Source: an uncultured archaeon (GTDB lineage Archaea; Asgardarchaeota; Lokiarchaeia; Sigyniarchaeales; SOKP01). Taken from it: a stretch of DNA of 20,382 bases. A program made the position numbers and the translations under genes. The stretch spans positions 1 through 20,382 of the forward strand of contig CAYUTF010000059.1 in assembly GCA_964447495.1 (NCBI GenBank), written 5' to 3'. A model generated the notes under the pieces. The model saw only the letters and a list, made by a program, of their open reading frames with translations. It made no database searches and was not told where the DNA came from. How positions within the stretch are numbered: position 1 is the first letter of the stretch; every line of letters starts with the position of its first letter. Shown here in pieces: positions 1 to 7,611 of this stretch.

Positions 1-95
1 TCGTATTCAATATTAGGATACTGTTTATCTAAAATTGCCATTAATTTTCGTTCCCTATTGTCAATTATTAAGTAAACCTTGTTTTTTTCTGACAT
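1..95 (-). CDS. 5' end of a probable ERCC4-domain (XPF/Mus81/Hef-like) endonuclease, running off the window
   Basis: Not in the ORF track. Manual translation from ATG at 95 gives MSEKNKVYLIIDNRERKLMAILDKQYPNIEY..., open to the edge. hhhDxRE (LIIDNRE) matches the first motif of ERCC4 domains. Only 31 codons are visible. Confidence 0.6.
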   Translation of the reverse strand, partial: MSEKNKVYLIIDNRERKLMAILDKQYPNIEY

Positions 96-166
96 TCTAA
101 TCAAAAAACCTTATTATGGTATTAAATTTTTCAAAATATGCTAATTAGATATATATTATAATCATT

Positions 167-190
167 TAAAAATAAAAAAATAAAGGGAAA
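167..190 (-). terminator. T-rich putative archaeal terminator after the extended CPBP frame
   Basis: The minus strand reads TTTCCCTTTA followed by long T runs right after TAA at 192, which supports 192 rather than 282 as the gene end. Confidence 0.45.
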
Positions 191-191
191 T

Positions 192-1004
192 TTAGTTTAG
201 TGATGTGATTTTTACCATTCTTTTAGGATAGTAAGCGAAAATAATTATGATTATTACCAATAGAGTGAGAAAAAAGCTCATTCAACGTCCAAGATCTGAG
301 ATCCAATAGGGAAATATAGCTCCCGAAACATTATTCACAGTATGAAGAATCATTGTCGCTAACACGCTTCCATTTGTATTATGATATATCCAAGTGTAAA
401 TTATTGAAGAGATCGTAATGATTAAGAGATCTTGATAAATAGGGATAACTTCTTGAGTGGTACCTGCAATAAAATGGAGGGGTAAATGCCATATTGCCCA
501 GATAATTCCAACAAATAACCCTGAAATCACCATATTCCATTTATATTGAAATCTTTCAAGCAAGTATCCCCGCCATCCAAATTCTTCTGCTAAAGGGCCA
601 CCGGTGAAAAAGATAATTAGTAAAACGGGAAAAAATTTTGTAAAAGGGAGAGAATATGAAAGTATTGTTGGTCCCTCAATAATCAGTACTACTAATAAAG
701 AGAGAAAAGAGATAATTGGACCAATTAATAGGATTGGTAACCACCAGATTTTTCGAAAGTGATGGTTAATTCCTTTTTTTAACAATGTTTTTATTCCACT
801 TTTCCCTAAAGTCGCTCCAGTAACAAGTATCGATGATATAGTTGGGCCAAAGACTGCGAAGTTGCTAAAAAACAATAACAAAGGATCAATTTCAAAGCCA
901 AATGTATTTAAAACTTGAGGCAATCACAATAACCAAGACCACATAAAAGTAAGAATAATAAATAGAAAGAGATTTCTGAATTCCAAATCTTTTGTTTCGT
1001 TCAA
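192..1004 (-). CDS. CPBP (CAAX protease/Abi) family intramembrane glutamic protease, 270 codons with two in-frame TGA codons (recoded gene or pseudogene)
   Basis: Motifs EEFGWRG, WAIWH and HTVNN are intact. The frame extends upstream of the track ORF through TGA 926-924 to TTG 1004 (MNETKDLEFRNLFLFIILTFMWSWLL*LPQ). It extends downstream through TGA 284-282 to TAA 194-192 (SDLGR*MSFFLTLLVIIIIIFAYYPKRMVKITSLN). Each extension adds a transmembrane-like helix. Confidence 0.8.
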
Positions 1005-1137
1005 AATTTATCTATTCAAAATTAATAATTTAAGGAGAGAAGCGATGTTAAAATTTTTTTTTATTTTTCATTTACATAATAAAGCTTTTTAATACTTGAA
1101 ATTGCCAAAATATGACTCAGAACTAGGGTAATCTCCT

Positions 1138-1641
1138 TTATTTTGGTTCAATGGCTCTATTTCGAAGAAAATTGATAATTTTTTTTCCGGAATATAGTCG
1201 ATTGTGAATTAAAATAAAAATTAAAATCACTATTCCGGTTATTTCTGTAATAAGTACGATGGGATCGTTAAATAGGCTATATAACCATCCCCCAAGGGGA
1301 TCTTCAACATAAATAAAGTCATACGGAATGAAAGGAAAGAAAAATGGAATCTCTGGTAAATCTAAAATCAGATGGATCATATTACCAATAAAGAAAGGAA
1401 ATGAAATCAATAGATTTCCCTTGGTTATAAGGTGTATAACTAATGAACTAATTATTACAAACAATAAAGTATGGGAGATTCCTCTTCCGGAGCCCATATT
1501 CAGAAACATAAGCGTTTTATCGATGATATCTGGCATTAAGGCTCCGATTATTAAAGCAAACCTATTGAATGAATATTTACGTGTAATAAAAGGGATTTCA
1601 AAGATAAGCAGAGGGAGTGCAACATGAAAAATAGGGAAAAT
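1138..1641 (-). CDS. Membrane-bound metal-dependent hydrolase (YdjM/DUF457-like), about 167 aa, probable ATT start
   Basis: Motifs GALMPDIIDK, GRGISHTL and HLILD. The frame is open upstream of ATG 1536 to ATT 1641 (IFPIFHVALPLLIFEIPFITRKYSFNRFALIIGALMPD), which restores the N-terminal His typical of the family. GAGGTGA lies 6 nt upstream of the ATT. Confidence 0.75.
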   Translation of the reverse strand: MFPIFHVALPLLIFEIPFITRKYSFNRFALIIGALMPDIIDKTLMFLNMGSGRGISHTLLFVIISSLVIHLITKGNLLISFPFFIGNMIHLILDLPEIPFFFPFIPYDFIYVEDPLGGWLYSLFNDPIVLITEITGIVILIFILIHNRLYSGKKIINFLRNRAIEPK

Positions 1642-1647
1642 AAAGGC

Positions 1648-1654
1648 TCACCTC
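1648..1654 (-). promoter_or_regulatory. Shine-Dalgarno sequence GAGGTGA for the hydrolase gene
   Basis: Near-consensus archaeal SD, overlapping the TAG of the upstream small gene and 6 nt from the in-frame ATT at 1641. Confidence 0.7.
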
Positions 1655-1794
1655 TAAAAACCATAGATCCAACGGATTAAATTGATGATTTCAGGTAAAA
1701 AGTAGATAAGTAGCAATATAATCACAAATTCTATTGAAATTTTTAATGCTCGTTTAATCAAATATGGATATGAAACCTGTTTTTCCTCAGCCAT
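1654..1794 (-). CDS. Small single-pass membrane protein, 46 aa, unknown function
   Basis: Below the track cutoff. Translation: MAEEKQVSYPYLIKRALKISIEFVIILLLIYFLPEIINLIRWIYGF*. It fills the gap between aroA' (17 nt) and the hydrolase (12 nt) on the same strand and has one hydrophobic helix. Confidence 0.7.
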   Translation of the reverse strand: MAEEKQVSYPYLIKRALKISIEFVIILLLIYFLPEIINLIRWIYGF

Positions 1795-1811
1795 AAGTCC
1801 CAAATTATATT

Positions 1812-2615
1812 TTATTCTTTAAAATTAAATTCTTTTTGAACTTCATCGAGCGTATAATTATGATGAACTATTTTAGAAAGAGCGCATACCAGTTTAGTTG
1901 GATCTTCTGCTTGAAATACATTGCGTCCAAAAGCAACTCCTGCACCACCTGCTTGAATAGAATCATATACGACTTGTAATAGTTCAGGGACAGTATCCAT
2001 TTTTGGTCCACCTGCAATAATAACAGGAATTGAGACACTTTTTACAATATATTTAAAGCTATCAATATCACCTGTATAATTTGTTTTTACGATATCTGCC
2101 CCCAGTTCTGCCCCTACTCTCACTGCTATATTGACAACATCAGCATCATTTTCATTTTGGATTTTTCTTCCTCGTGGATATATCATTGCTATTAATGGTA
2201 CACCCCACTCTCGCGAAGCTTCAACAACATTATGAGCGTCCCTGAGCATCTCTGGTTCCTCATCAGCTCCAATATTAATATGAATTGATACGGCATCAGC
2301 CCCCATTTTCAAAGCACGTTCCACTGAGCATACTAATACCTTTCTATCAGAGTGTGGCGTCAGATTGGTTGCTCCTGATAAGTGAATGATAAGCCCAATA
2401 TCCCTCCCATATTTTCTATGACCTACTCCGACCATTCCTGAATGCATTAATACGGCATTTGCCCCTCCTTTAGCTACTTTATCAACCATCTCAGCCATAT
2501 TTTCTAATCCCTTAATTGATCCCATTGTTAACCCGTGATCCATAGGGACTATAATCGTTCTCCTACTTTGCCTATCAAGAATTCGTTCTAACCGAATATT
2601 CTTACCTAAATTCAT
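1812..2615 (-). CDS. aroA': 2-amino-3,7-dideoxy-D-threo-hept-6-ulosonate synthase (archaeal class I DhnA-type aldolase family)
   Basis: Motifs IIVPMDHG, GADAVSIHIN, YPRG, ELGADIVKTNY (Schiff-base Lys), VIIAGGPK and GRNVFQ. The N-terminus GKNIRLERI is typical of the MJ0400-like subgroup. An FBP-aldolase paralog cannot be fully excluded. Confidence 0.8.
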   Translation of the reverse strand: MNLGKNIRLERILDRQSRRTIIVPMDHGLTMGSIKGLENMAEMVDKVAKGGANAVLMHSGMVGVGHRKYGRDIGLIIHLSGATNLTPHSDRKVLVCSVERALKMGADAVSIHINIGADEEPEMLRDAHNVVEASREWGVPLIAMIYPRGRKIQNENDADVVNIAVRVGAELGADIVKTNYTGDIDSFKYIVKSVSIPVIIAGGPKMDTVPELLQVVYDSIQAGGAGVAFGRNVFQAEDPTKLVCALSKIVHHNYTLDEVQKEFNFKE

Positions 2616-2791
2616 TTTCTCTTTGACAAAAATTCATTATATTTGAATTAATCATATTAAATGAGAGTACCCATATAAAATTATATATGAAATTAGAGTT
2701 GAGTCTTTAACATGGTCTTCGGAGGGTTGCTGATCTACTTATCTTGAGAATACATTCTACTAAATTCTAAAGAATCATATTTCACACATTA

Positions 2792-4201
2792 TTACCCAAT
2801 TTTTTTCTTTATTGATTTCCTCTTCGTAAAATAGATCAAAGATATCATAATGATTATTGTAAAAAGTAAGTAATAATTTCCAAATGGAATAGCTGTTGCT
2901 CCATTCCCAGGAATACGACTGTCTACTCTTGCTATAAGGTACCAATTGTCTCCATTTCCTGCTTGAAACACAACCACTTCTCGATATCCATATAAAGTCG
3001 AAGTTGAAATAAATGCGGATTTTTCAATGCTCCCGTTGAATACTTTAATATCTGTCCAATTTGTAGGCACCCAAAATTTAAGATAATTGTAAGAATCTAT
3101 TCTCGAATCGAAACTATCAATCTTTTCATTGATGGAAGCGTTCCAAAGAACTAGATCTGGTTCAAGGATCTCAGAATTAGTATTCGCTTTTAAATCTGTT
3201 TTTGTGTAATTGATTTGAGCCTTAGTAATATCACAAGAAAGATCCCACCAATCTGCGGATAATTCAAATTCTAATTGACCTGATGGATTTATATACTCTT
3301 CATTACTTATCCAAAATCCTTTATTCTCATAACTAATATCACTTACATTTGTACCATTTATTTTTAGATTTAGATCAGAAGGTTTTGGTGTGCTATTTTC
3401 AGGATATAAATCGACTATTAAGCCCAAATCATTAGATGTAAGTTCTGGGAAGGAACCAAAAAGTCTCCAGATAATGCTATCATATTCTCCATTACTGCCA
3501 TAGTGCCAATATCCCTGCATATTAGACTGACAACTAAGTTTTATGAAGAATGTATTGTTATACGTTTTTTCTGTATCAAGGTAAATATGCCAATTTGTAA
3601 TATTCTCCCAACTCATGGTTGCATGGTCAACATTATAAATAACTCTCGTTGATGGAACAATACTTACGTTATATTTAATATACCCTCCTGAAAATGTCGC
3701 ATTATATACATCAAAAAAAAAATCTTGATCTCCTGTTGAATCTTCACTAATTAAAACTGAAACATTATCAAGATAACAATTTTCTTTGACTTGAAATGAT
3801 GCTAATCTTGCAACCACATAGAGTTCATGTTTAGCAGCTTGAATTTCCTCATCCTCAATTACTAGCGTTTTATTTGGAGCAAAAATATTTTCAATTTGAA
3901 TTTTAGTTCTACTCGAATTAAATGTTGGTTCAGTTGGGCATGGTAGAGTAAAGCTATCTGATTCGCTAAGATTTGAAAATTGAATTAGTCCAGGGCTTAC
4001 ATAAGATTGGTGAAGAGTTATATTTAATAGTTCACCAGCTTCTGCGGTCCTAACGGAATCATATAAGTATATCTTTTCTTGATTATTAATTACTAGCTTA
4101 CTAAACAATAAGTTGATATTTAACCCTATTAAGATTATACCAAACGCTAGTAGAAGAAATCTAAAACTGAGAAATAATTTTGATTTACAATTGAATTTCA
4201 T
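2792..4201 (-). CDS. Secreted/surface glycoprotein with a Loki-CTERM-like C-terminal sorting signal
   Basis: N-terminal hydrophobic helix, many N-x-S/T sequons and a beta-rich body. The C-terminus IPFGNYYLLFTIIIMISLIYFTKRKSIKKK has the motif + TM + basic cluster layout of Loki-CTERM. Confidence 0.8.
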   Translation of the reverse strand: MKFNCKSKLFLSFRFLLLAFGIILIGLNINLLFSKLVINNQEKIYLYDSVRTAEAGELLNITLHQSYVSPGLIQFSNLSESDSFTLPCPTEPTFNSSRTKIQIENIFAPNKTLVIEDEEIQAAKHELYVVARLASFQVKENCYLDNVSVLISEDSTGDQDFFFDVYNATFSGGYIKYNVSIVPSTRVIYNVDHATMSWENITNWHIYLDTEKTYNNTFFIKLSCQSNMQGYWHYGSNGEYDSIIWRLFGSFPELTSNDLGLIVDLYPENSTPKPSDLNLKINGTNVSDISYENKGFWISNEEYINPSGQLEFELSADWWDLSCDITKAQINYTKTDLKANTNSEILEPDLVLWNASINEKIDSFDSRIDSYNYLKFWVPTNWTDIKVFNGSIEKSAFISTSTLYGYREVVVFQAGNGDNWYLIARVDSRIPGNGATAIPFGNYYLLFTIIIMISLIYFTKRKSIKKKIG

Positions 4202-4287
4202 ATAAATAAAATTATTGATAATTTAGTATTTAAAACTTTATTAATGAAACTTTCTCCCCTTTAGTCGATAACTTTATCTTTTTTTAA

Positions 4288-5865
4288 TTACCACGGTCTT
4301 CTAATAGTGGTTGGTCTACTCATTGAAGCTTTAGTAGGATAATCGACATTATAATGAATTCCTCGACTTTCCTTTCTGGATATCGCACTTACAATTATCA
4401 GTTTTGCTACAGTTGCTAAGTTTCTTAATTCAACTAAATTTTTCTCAATTTTAAAATCCCAGTAATATTGGTTAATCTCATCAAGAAGTAAATTGATTCT
4501 TTTTTTCGCTCGCTGTAAACGTAAGTCTGTACGGACAATTCCAACATAGTTCCACATAAAGCGGCGTATCTCATCCCAATTCTGGGTAATCACAACAGCT
4601 TCCGTTGAGGGAACAGCATGTCCTGGCTCCCATTCCTTAAATTCATTAACTTTCAGTTCTTTAGCCTTTTTTGCAAGAGTTTTAGCACATTCATGAGCAC
4701 AGACTAATCCTTCTAATAAAGAATTACTTGCTAATCGATTAGCTCCATGTAATCCCGTGCAGGACGATTCTCCAATCGTATATAGATTTTTTACTTTTGT
4801 AGAGCCATCCACCTTGACAAGTACACCTCCACAGCTATAATGAGCTGCGGGAACAACTGGTATTGGTTCTTTCGTAATATCAATGCTAAATTGCTTACAT
4901 TGATCATAAACCCCTGGAAAGTGACTTTTAATAAAATCAGGGCTTTTATATGAAGCAATATCTAATAGCACGTGATCCTCTCCGGTACGCTTAAGTTCTG
5001 CATCAATAGCTCGTGATACAATATCTCTCGGTGCTAAATCTTTTAAAGGATGATATTTTTGCATAAACGCATTCCCTTTAATATCTTTTAAAACTGCCCC
5101 TTCTCCTCTCATTGATTCTGTTATTAAAAAGGATTTTGCAAAGGGGTGATAGAGGCAAGTAGGATGAAATTGATAAAACTCCATATTTGCAATAATTGCT
5201 CCAGCACGATATGCCATTGCAATTCCATCCCCTGAGGCAACATCGGGGTTTGTTGTATAAAGATAAATCTTACCAGCACCTCCAGTCGCTAAGATTGTGG
5301 ATTTGGCAGAAATATTGTAAATTTCTTCGCTTTTTTGATCTAAAACATACGCTCCATCACATCTAAAATTATTACAGAATAAATTGATCGCGCACCAATT
5401 TTCTTTAATTTGAAGGTTTGGAATCTTTTTAACTTTTTCGATGAGTTTAAGCTCTACATTTTGTCCCGTTAAGTCATTTACATGAAGGATTCTTCTTTCA
5501 GTATGGCCTCCTTCCTTTCCAAGATCAAACTCCCCCTCATTATTCCTTGAGAATTCAACTCCCATCTCAATTAATTGATCAATTCTTTCAGGTGCCTGCG
5601 ATATTATCAACCTTACAACTTCTTCATTGCACAATCCATCCCCGGCAATTAATGTATCTTGAATATGTTTCTCAAAATTATCATTTTTGTTACGTACACA
5701 TGCAATTCCCCCTTGAGCATAATAAGTATTGCATTCAGAAAGCTTTTCCTTGGTAAGTAATAAAATATCTTCTTTGGGAGCCATTTCTGCTAAATTAATT
5801 GCTAAAGATAGGCCAGAAACCCCTCCCCCGATTATTAAGAAGTCAGTTTTAAGTTTTAATGAAAT
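4288..5865 (-). CDS. nadB: L-aspartate oxidase (NAD biosynthesis), about 525 aa, true start upstream of the track ATG
   Basis: Motifs NTYYAQGGIA, EGGHTERRILH, QFHPT, LAPRDIVSRA, PAAHY, GLHGANRLASNSLLEG and ESRGIHY. The FAD-binding loop TDFLIIGGGVSGL (5847-5809) lies upstream of ATG 5784. The only near-cognate start before the in-frame TGA at 5874-5872 that keeps the N-terminal strand is ATT 5865. Confidence 0.93.
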   Translation of the reverse strand: MSLKLKTDFLIIGGGVSGLSLAINLAEMAPKEDILLLTKEKLSECNTYYAQGGIACVRNKNDNFEKHIQDTLIAGDGLCNEEVVRLIISQAPERIDQLIEMGVEFSRNNEGEFDLGKEGGHTERRILHVNDLTGQNVELKLIEKVKKIPNLQIKENWCAINLFCNNFRCDGAYVLDQKSEEIYNISAKSTILATGGAGKIYLYTTNPDVASGDGIAMAYRAGAIIANMEFYQFHPTCLYHPFAKSFLITESMRGEGAVLKDIKGNAFMQKYHPLKDLAPRDIVSRAIDAELKRTGEDHVLLDIASYKSPDFIKSHFPGVYDQCKQFSIDITKEPIPVVPAAHYSCGGVLVKVDGSTKVKNLYTIGESSCTGLHGANRLASNSLLEGLVCAHECAKTLAKKAKELKVNEFKEWEPGHAVPSTEAVVITQNWDEIRRFMWNYVGIVRTDLRLQRAKKRINLLLDEINQYYWDFKIEKNLVELRNLATVAKLIIVSAISRKESRGIHYNVDYPTKASMSRPTTIRRPW

Positions 5866-5880
5866 CTTCTTTCAAACCCC

Positions 5881-5907
5881 ATATATTTATAAAAATATCT
5901 TAAAATA
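5881..5907. promoter_or_regulatory. AT-rich divergent promoter region with TATA-like elements (nadB / phosphatase)
   Basis: ATATATTTATAAAAATATCTTAAAATA lies between divergent genes. TTTATAAA is a palindromic TATA-like octamer. Confidence 0.4.
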
Positions 5908-5987
5908 CCAAAATGAAATTATTTTTTTATATCTTTTTGAATATTCTAATAATTTTTTTTAGATGTCTACATTTTAAGTCTTATATT

Positions 5988-6482
5988 ATGCCTAAAATCA
6001 AATATATCCTCTTTTTATGTTCTGGAAATACATGTAGATCCCCTTTTGCTGAATATTATGCAAAGTTCCTCCAACAAACAAAATATCGAGATGAACTAAA
6101 AGATGTAAAGTTCGATTCTGCAGGAGTATATCATTACTATGAACAACCTCAAGAGGGTACATTAAAGTACCTACAAACGAAAGGAATAGACATCAAAGAT
6201 TTCAAAGCGAAAGAAGTAGATGAAGACTTAGTTAAAAATCAGGATTTAATCTTGGGATTTGAAAGAAAATGGCATATTAATAAACTAAAAAGAAGGTTTA
6301 AACATTTGAAAAATCTTGGAGATAAACTCTATCTATTGAGAGAATTTGCAGGATTTCAGAGAGATAATGAAATTCCAGATCCTTTTTATTTAAAAGAGAA
6401 AGAATATAATGCTATCCTGAAAAAAATTGAAGATGCTGTAGAAAAAACCATCGAAAAAGTTATTGAAATAAATAAAGAATAG
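5988..6482 (+). CDS. Low-molecular-weight phosphatase (LMW-PTP/YwlE fold), 164 aa
   Basis: P-loop LFLCSGNTCRSPFAE, DSAG and general-acid loop IPDPFY. The likely start is ATG 5988 (MPKIKYILF); the upstream extension in the track is low-complexity sequence. Confidence 0.9.
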   Translation: MPKIKYILFLCSGNTCRSPFAEYYAKFLQQTKYRDELKDVKFDSAGVYHYYEQPQEGTLKYLQTKGIDIKDFKAKEVDEDLVKNQDLILGFERKWHINKLKRRFKHLKNLGDKLYLLREFAGFQRDNEIPDPFYLKEKEYNAILKKIEDAVEKTIEKVIEINKE

Positions 6483-6485
6483 GAG

Positions 6486-6944
6486 TTATGTTCCAATCAA
6501 ATCAGCATATTTTTGGTTGAAGTACTTTTCCACTAAATATTTTGTATCATCAAAGGGAGTTACATTTCCAACAAATGATTTTAGCTCTTTTTCATAAGTT
6601 GCTCCAAAATCTTTTGAAAACGCATCTAGTTTTTTTGTTAATATCGGTAAATCAAGTGATGCGATTAATGTTGTAATATGATACTTTCCATATGAGAAAT
6701 ATAGATAATTTCCTTCCTTATCAATCTTCCTCAACCATTTTTTACTCTGGGTAATTTCTGATATTATCTTCAACACTCCAGTTAATGCACCTGAAATAAC
6801 ATTCTCGTCTAACCTTGAAGGCGTTTCATTTCCAATTTGTCTAAATTTTTGATCATATAAACAAACGCTATTCTTACGAAATATGAAAAGTGAGATAATG
6901 ACTGAAGCCCAATCTTTTTCTTTAGAGATAAGAATCTCTTTCAT
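6486..6944 (-). CDS. Longin/roadblock-like domain protein, possibly the 3' remnant of a longer gene
   Basis: Pattern LFIFRKNSVCLY...DENVISGALTGV...EIT...YFSYGKY...KKLDAFSKDF...FVGNVTPF resembles the longin-like C-terminal domains of Asgard proteins. The 5' end abuts an oppositely oriented OsmC-like fragment with no room for a promoter. Confidence 0.6.
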   Translation of the reverse strand: MKEILISKEKDWASVIISLFIFRKNSVCLYDQKFRQIGNETPSRLDENVISGALTGVLKIISEITQSKKWLRKIDKEGNYLYFSYGKYHITTLIASLDLPILTKKLDAFSKDFGATYEKELKSFVGNVTPFDDTKYLVEKYFNQKYADLIGT

Positions 6945-7293
6945 TGACCTAACAACGGGTTTTGGGATTGAGGATGGAATTGATGCCGTAAAAAATTTTA
7001 ATTTGGAATTAACAGTGGAAAGTGATGCAAATTTAAAAGACCTTAAGGATATTCTCGAAGATACGAAAAGACGCTGCTTTTGTATGTACTGTATTCAGAC
7101 TCCCATCATACCGAAGATTGAAATGATAAAAGAGTTCTCAAAGGAAGAAGAAGAACTCGTTCACTTCATCTGTCCCACATCTTTTAAGCAATCAATGGTA
7201 TTTCTTGATGATAATACACCTGTCTGTCAAGAATGCGGCACAACTGGGTTTTTTGTGCGAAATCCTGAAACACAAAAGGTCTCTCTCAAATAA
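6943..7293 (+). pseudogene. Chimeric remnant: C-terminal half of an OsmC-like protein fused in frame to a degenerate Zn-ribbon
   Basis: IDLTTGFGIEDGIDAVKNFNLELTVESDANLKDLKDILEDTKRRCFCMYCIQTPI resembles an OsmC/Ohr C-terminal half. It is followed by CPTS-x13-CQECG. The first 20 codons of the track ORF are antisense to the longin-like gene. Confidence 0.5.
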
Positions 7294-7351
7294 AAATTAT
7301 CTATCAAAATCAATTCTAATAATGGACTAATAAAAGAGATATGTGAAAAAA

Positions 7352-7573
7352 ATGTCAGAAGAATGGCCTTATGAACCGAAAGATAAGCAATATATAAAAA
7401 ACCTTGAAACAGATGTAGAAAAGTTAAAAACTCAGTTATATGATACACTTTTAAATTCAAATAGAGTAGTAGGAGAAATGCAGAAGCTCCAGAATCAACT
7501 TAATGCGTGTCAAATAGAGAATTCTAAATTAAAATCACAAATTGAGACACTAAAGAAGGCATTGGAAAAATAA
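7352..7573 (+). CDS. Small coiled-coil protein, 73 aa
   Basis: MSEEWPYEPKDKQYIKNLETDVEKLKTQLYDT...LQNQLNACQIENSKLKSQIETLKKALEK shows a heptad Leu/Ile pattern. It is 38 nt upstream of the second phosphatase. Confidence 0.75.
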   Translation: MSEEWPYEPKDKQYIKNLETDVEKLKTQLYDTLLNSNRVVGEMQKLQNQLNACQIENSKLKSQIETLKKALEK

Positions 7574-7611
7574 ACAAATAATTAATTAGGTTTACAATAT
7601 TTGATTATTCG

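Noticed and set aside
96-1004. Selenocysteine as the reading of the CPBP TGA codons
   Set aside because: The contexts fit Trp rather than Cys, CPBP proteases have no catalytic Cys, and I see no SECIS-like hairpin in the AT-rich downstream region. Not tested computationally.
1328-1627. 99-aa plus-strand ORF
   Set aside because: Antisense to the hydrolase gene, with no recognisable motif.
2686-2760. Relatively GC-rich intergenic patch containing CTGA (possible C/D-box sRNA)
   Set aside because: No convincing RUGAUGA C box, terminal stem or tRNA-like fold.
192-2890. CPBP protease as the sorting enzyme for the nearby Loki-CTERM protein
   Set aside because: Some CPBP proteins process C-terminal sorting signals, but three unrelated genes intervene and the CPBP gene may be inactive. 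Proximity is the only evidence.
5547-5962. 69-aa and 77-aa plus-strand ORFs
   Set aside because: Antisense shadows of nadB and its promoter region.
7227-7460. 77-aa minus-strand ORF
   Set aside because: Overlaps two better-supported plus-strand frames and has no motif.
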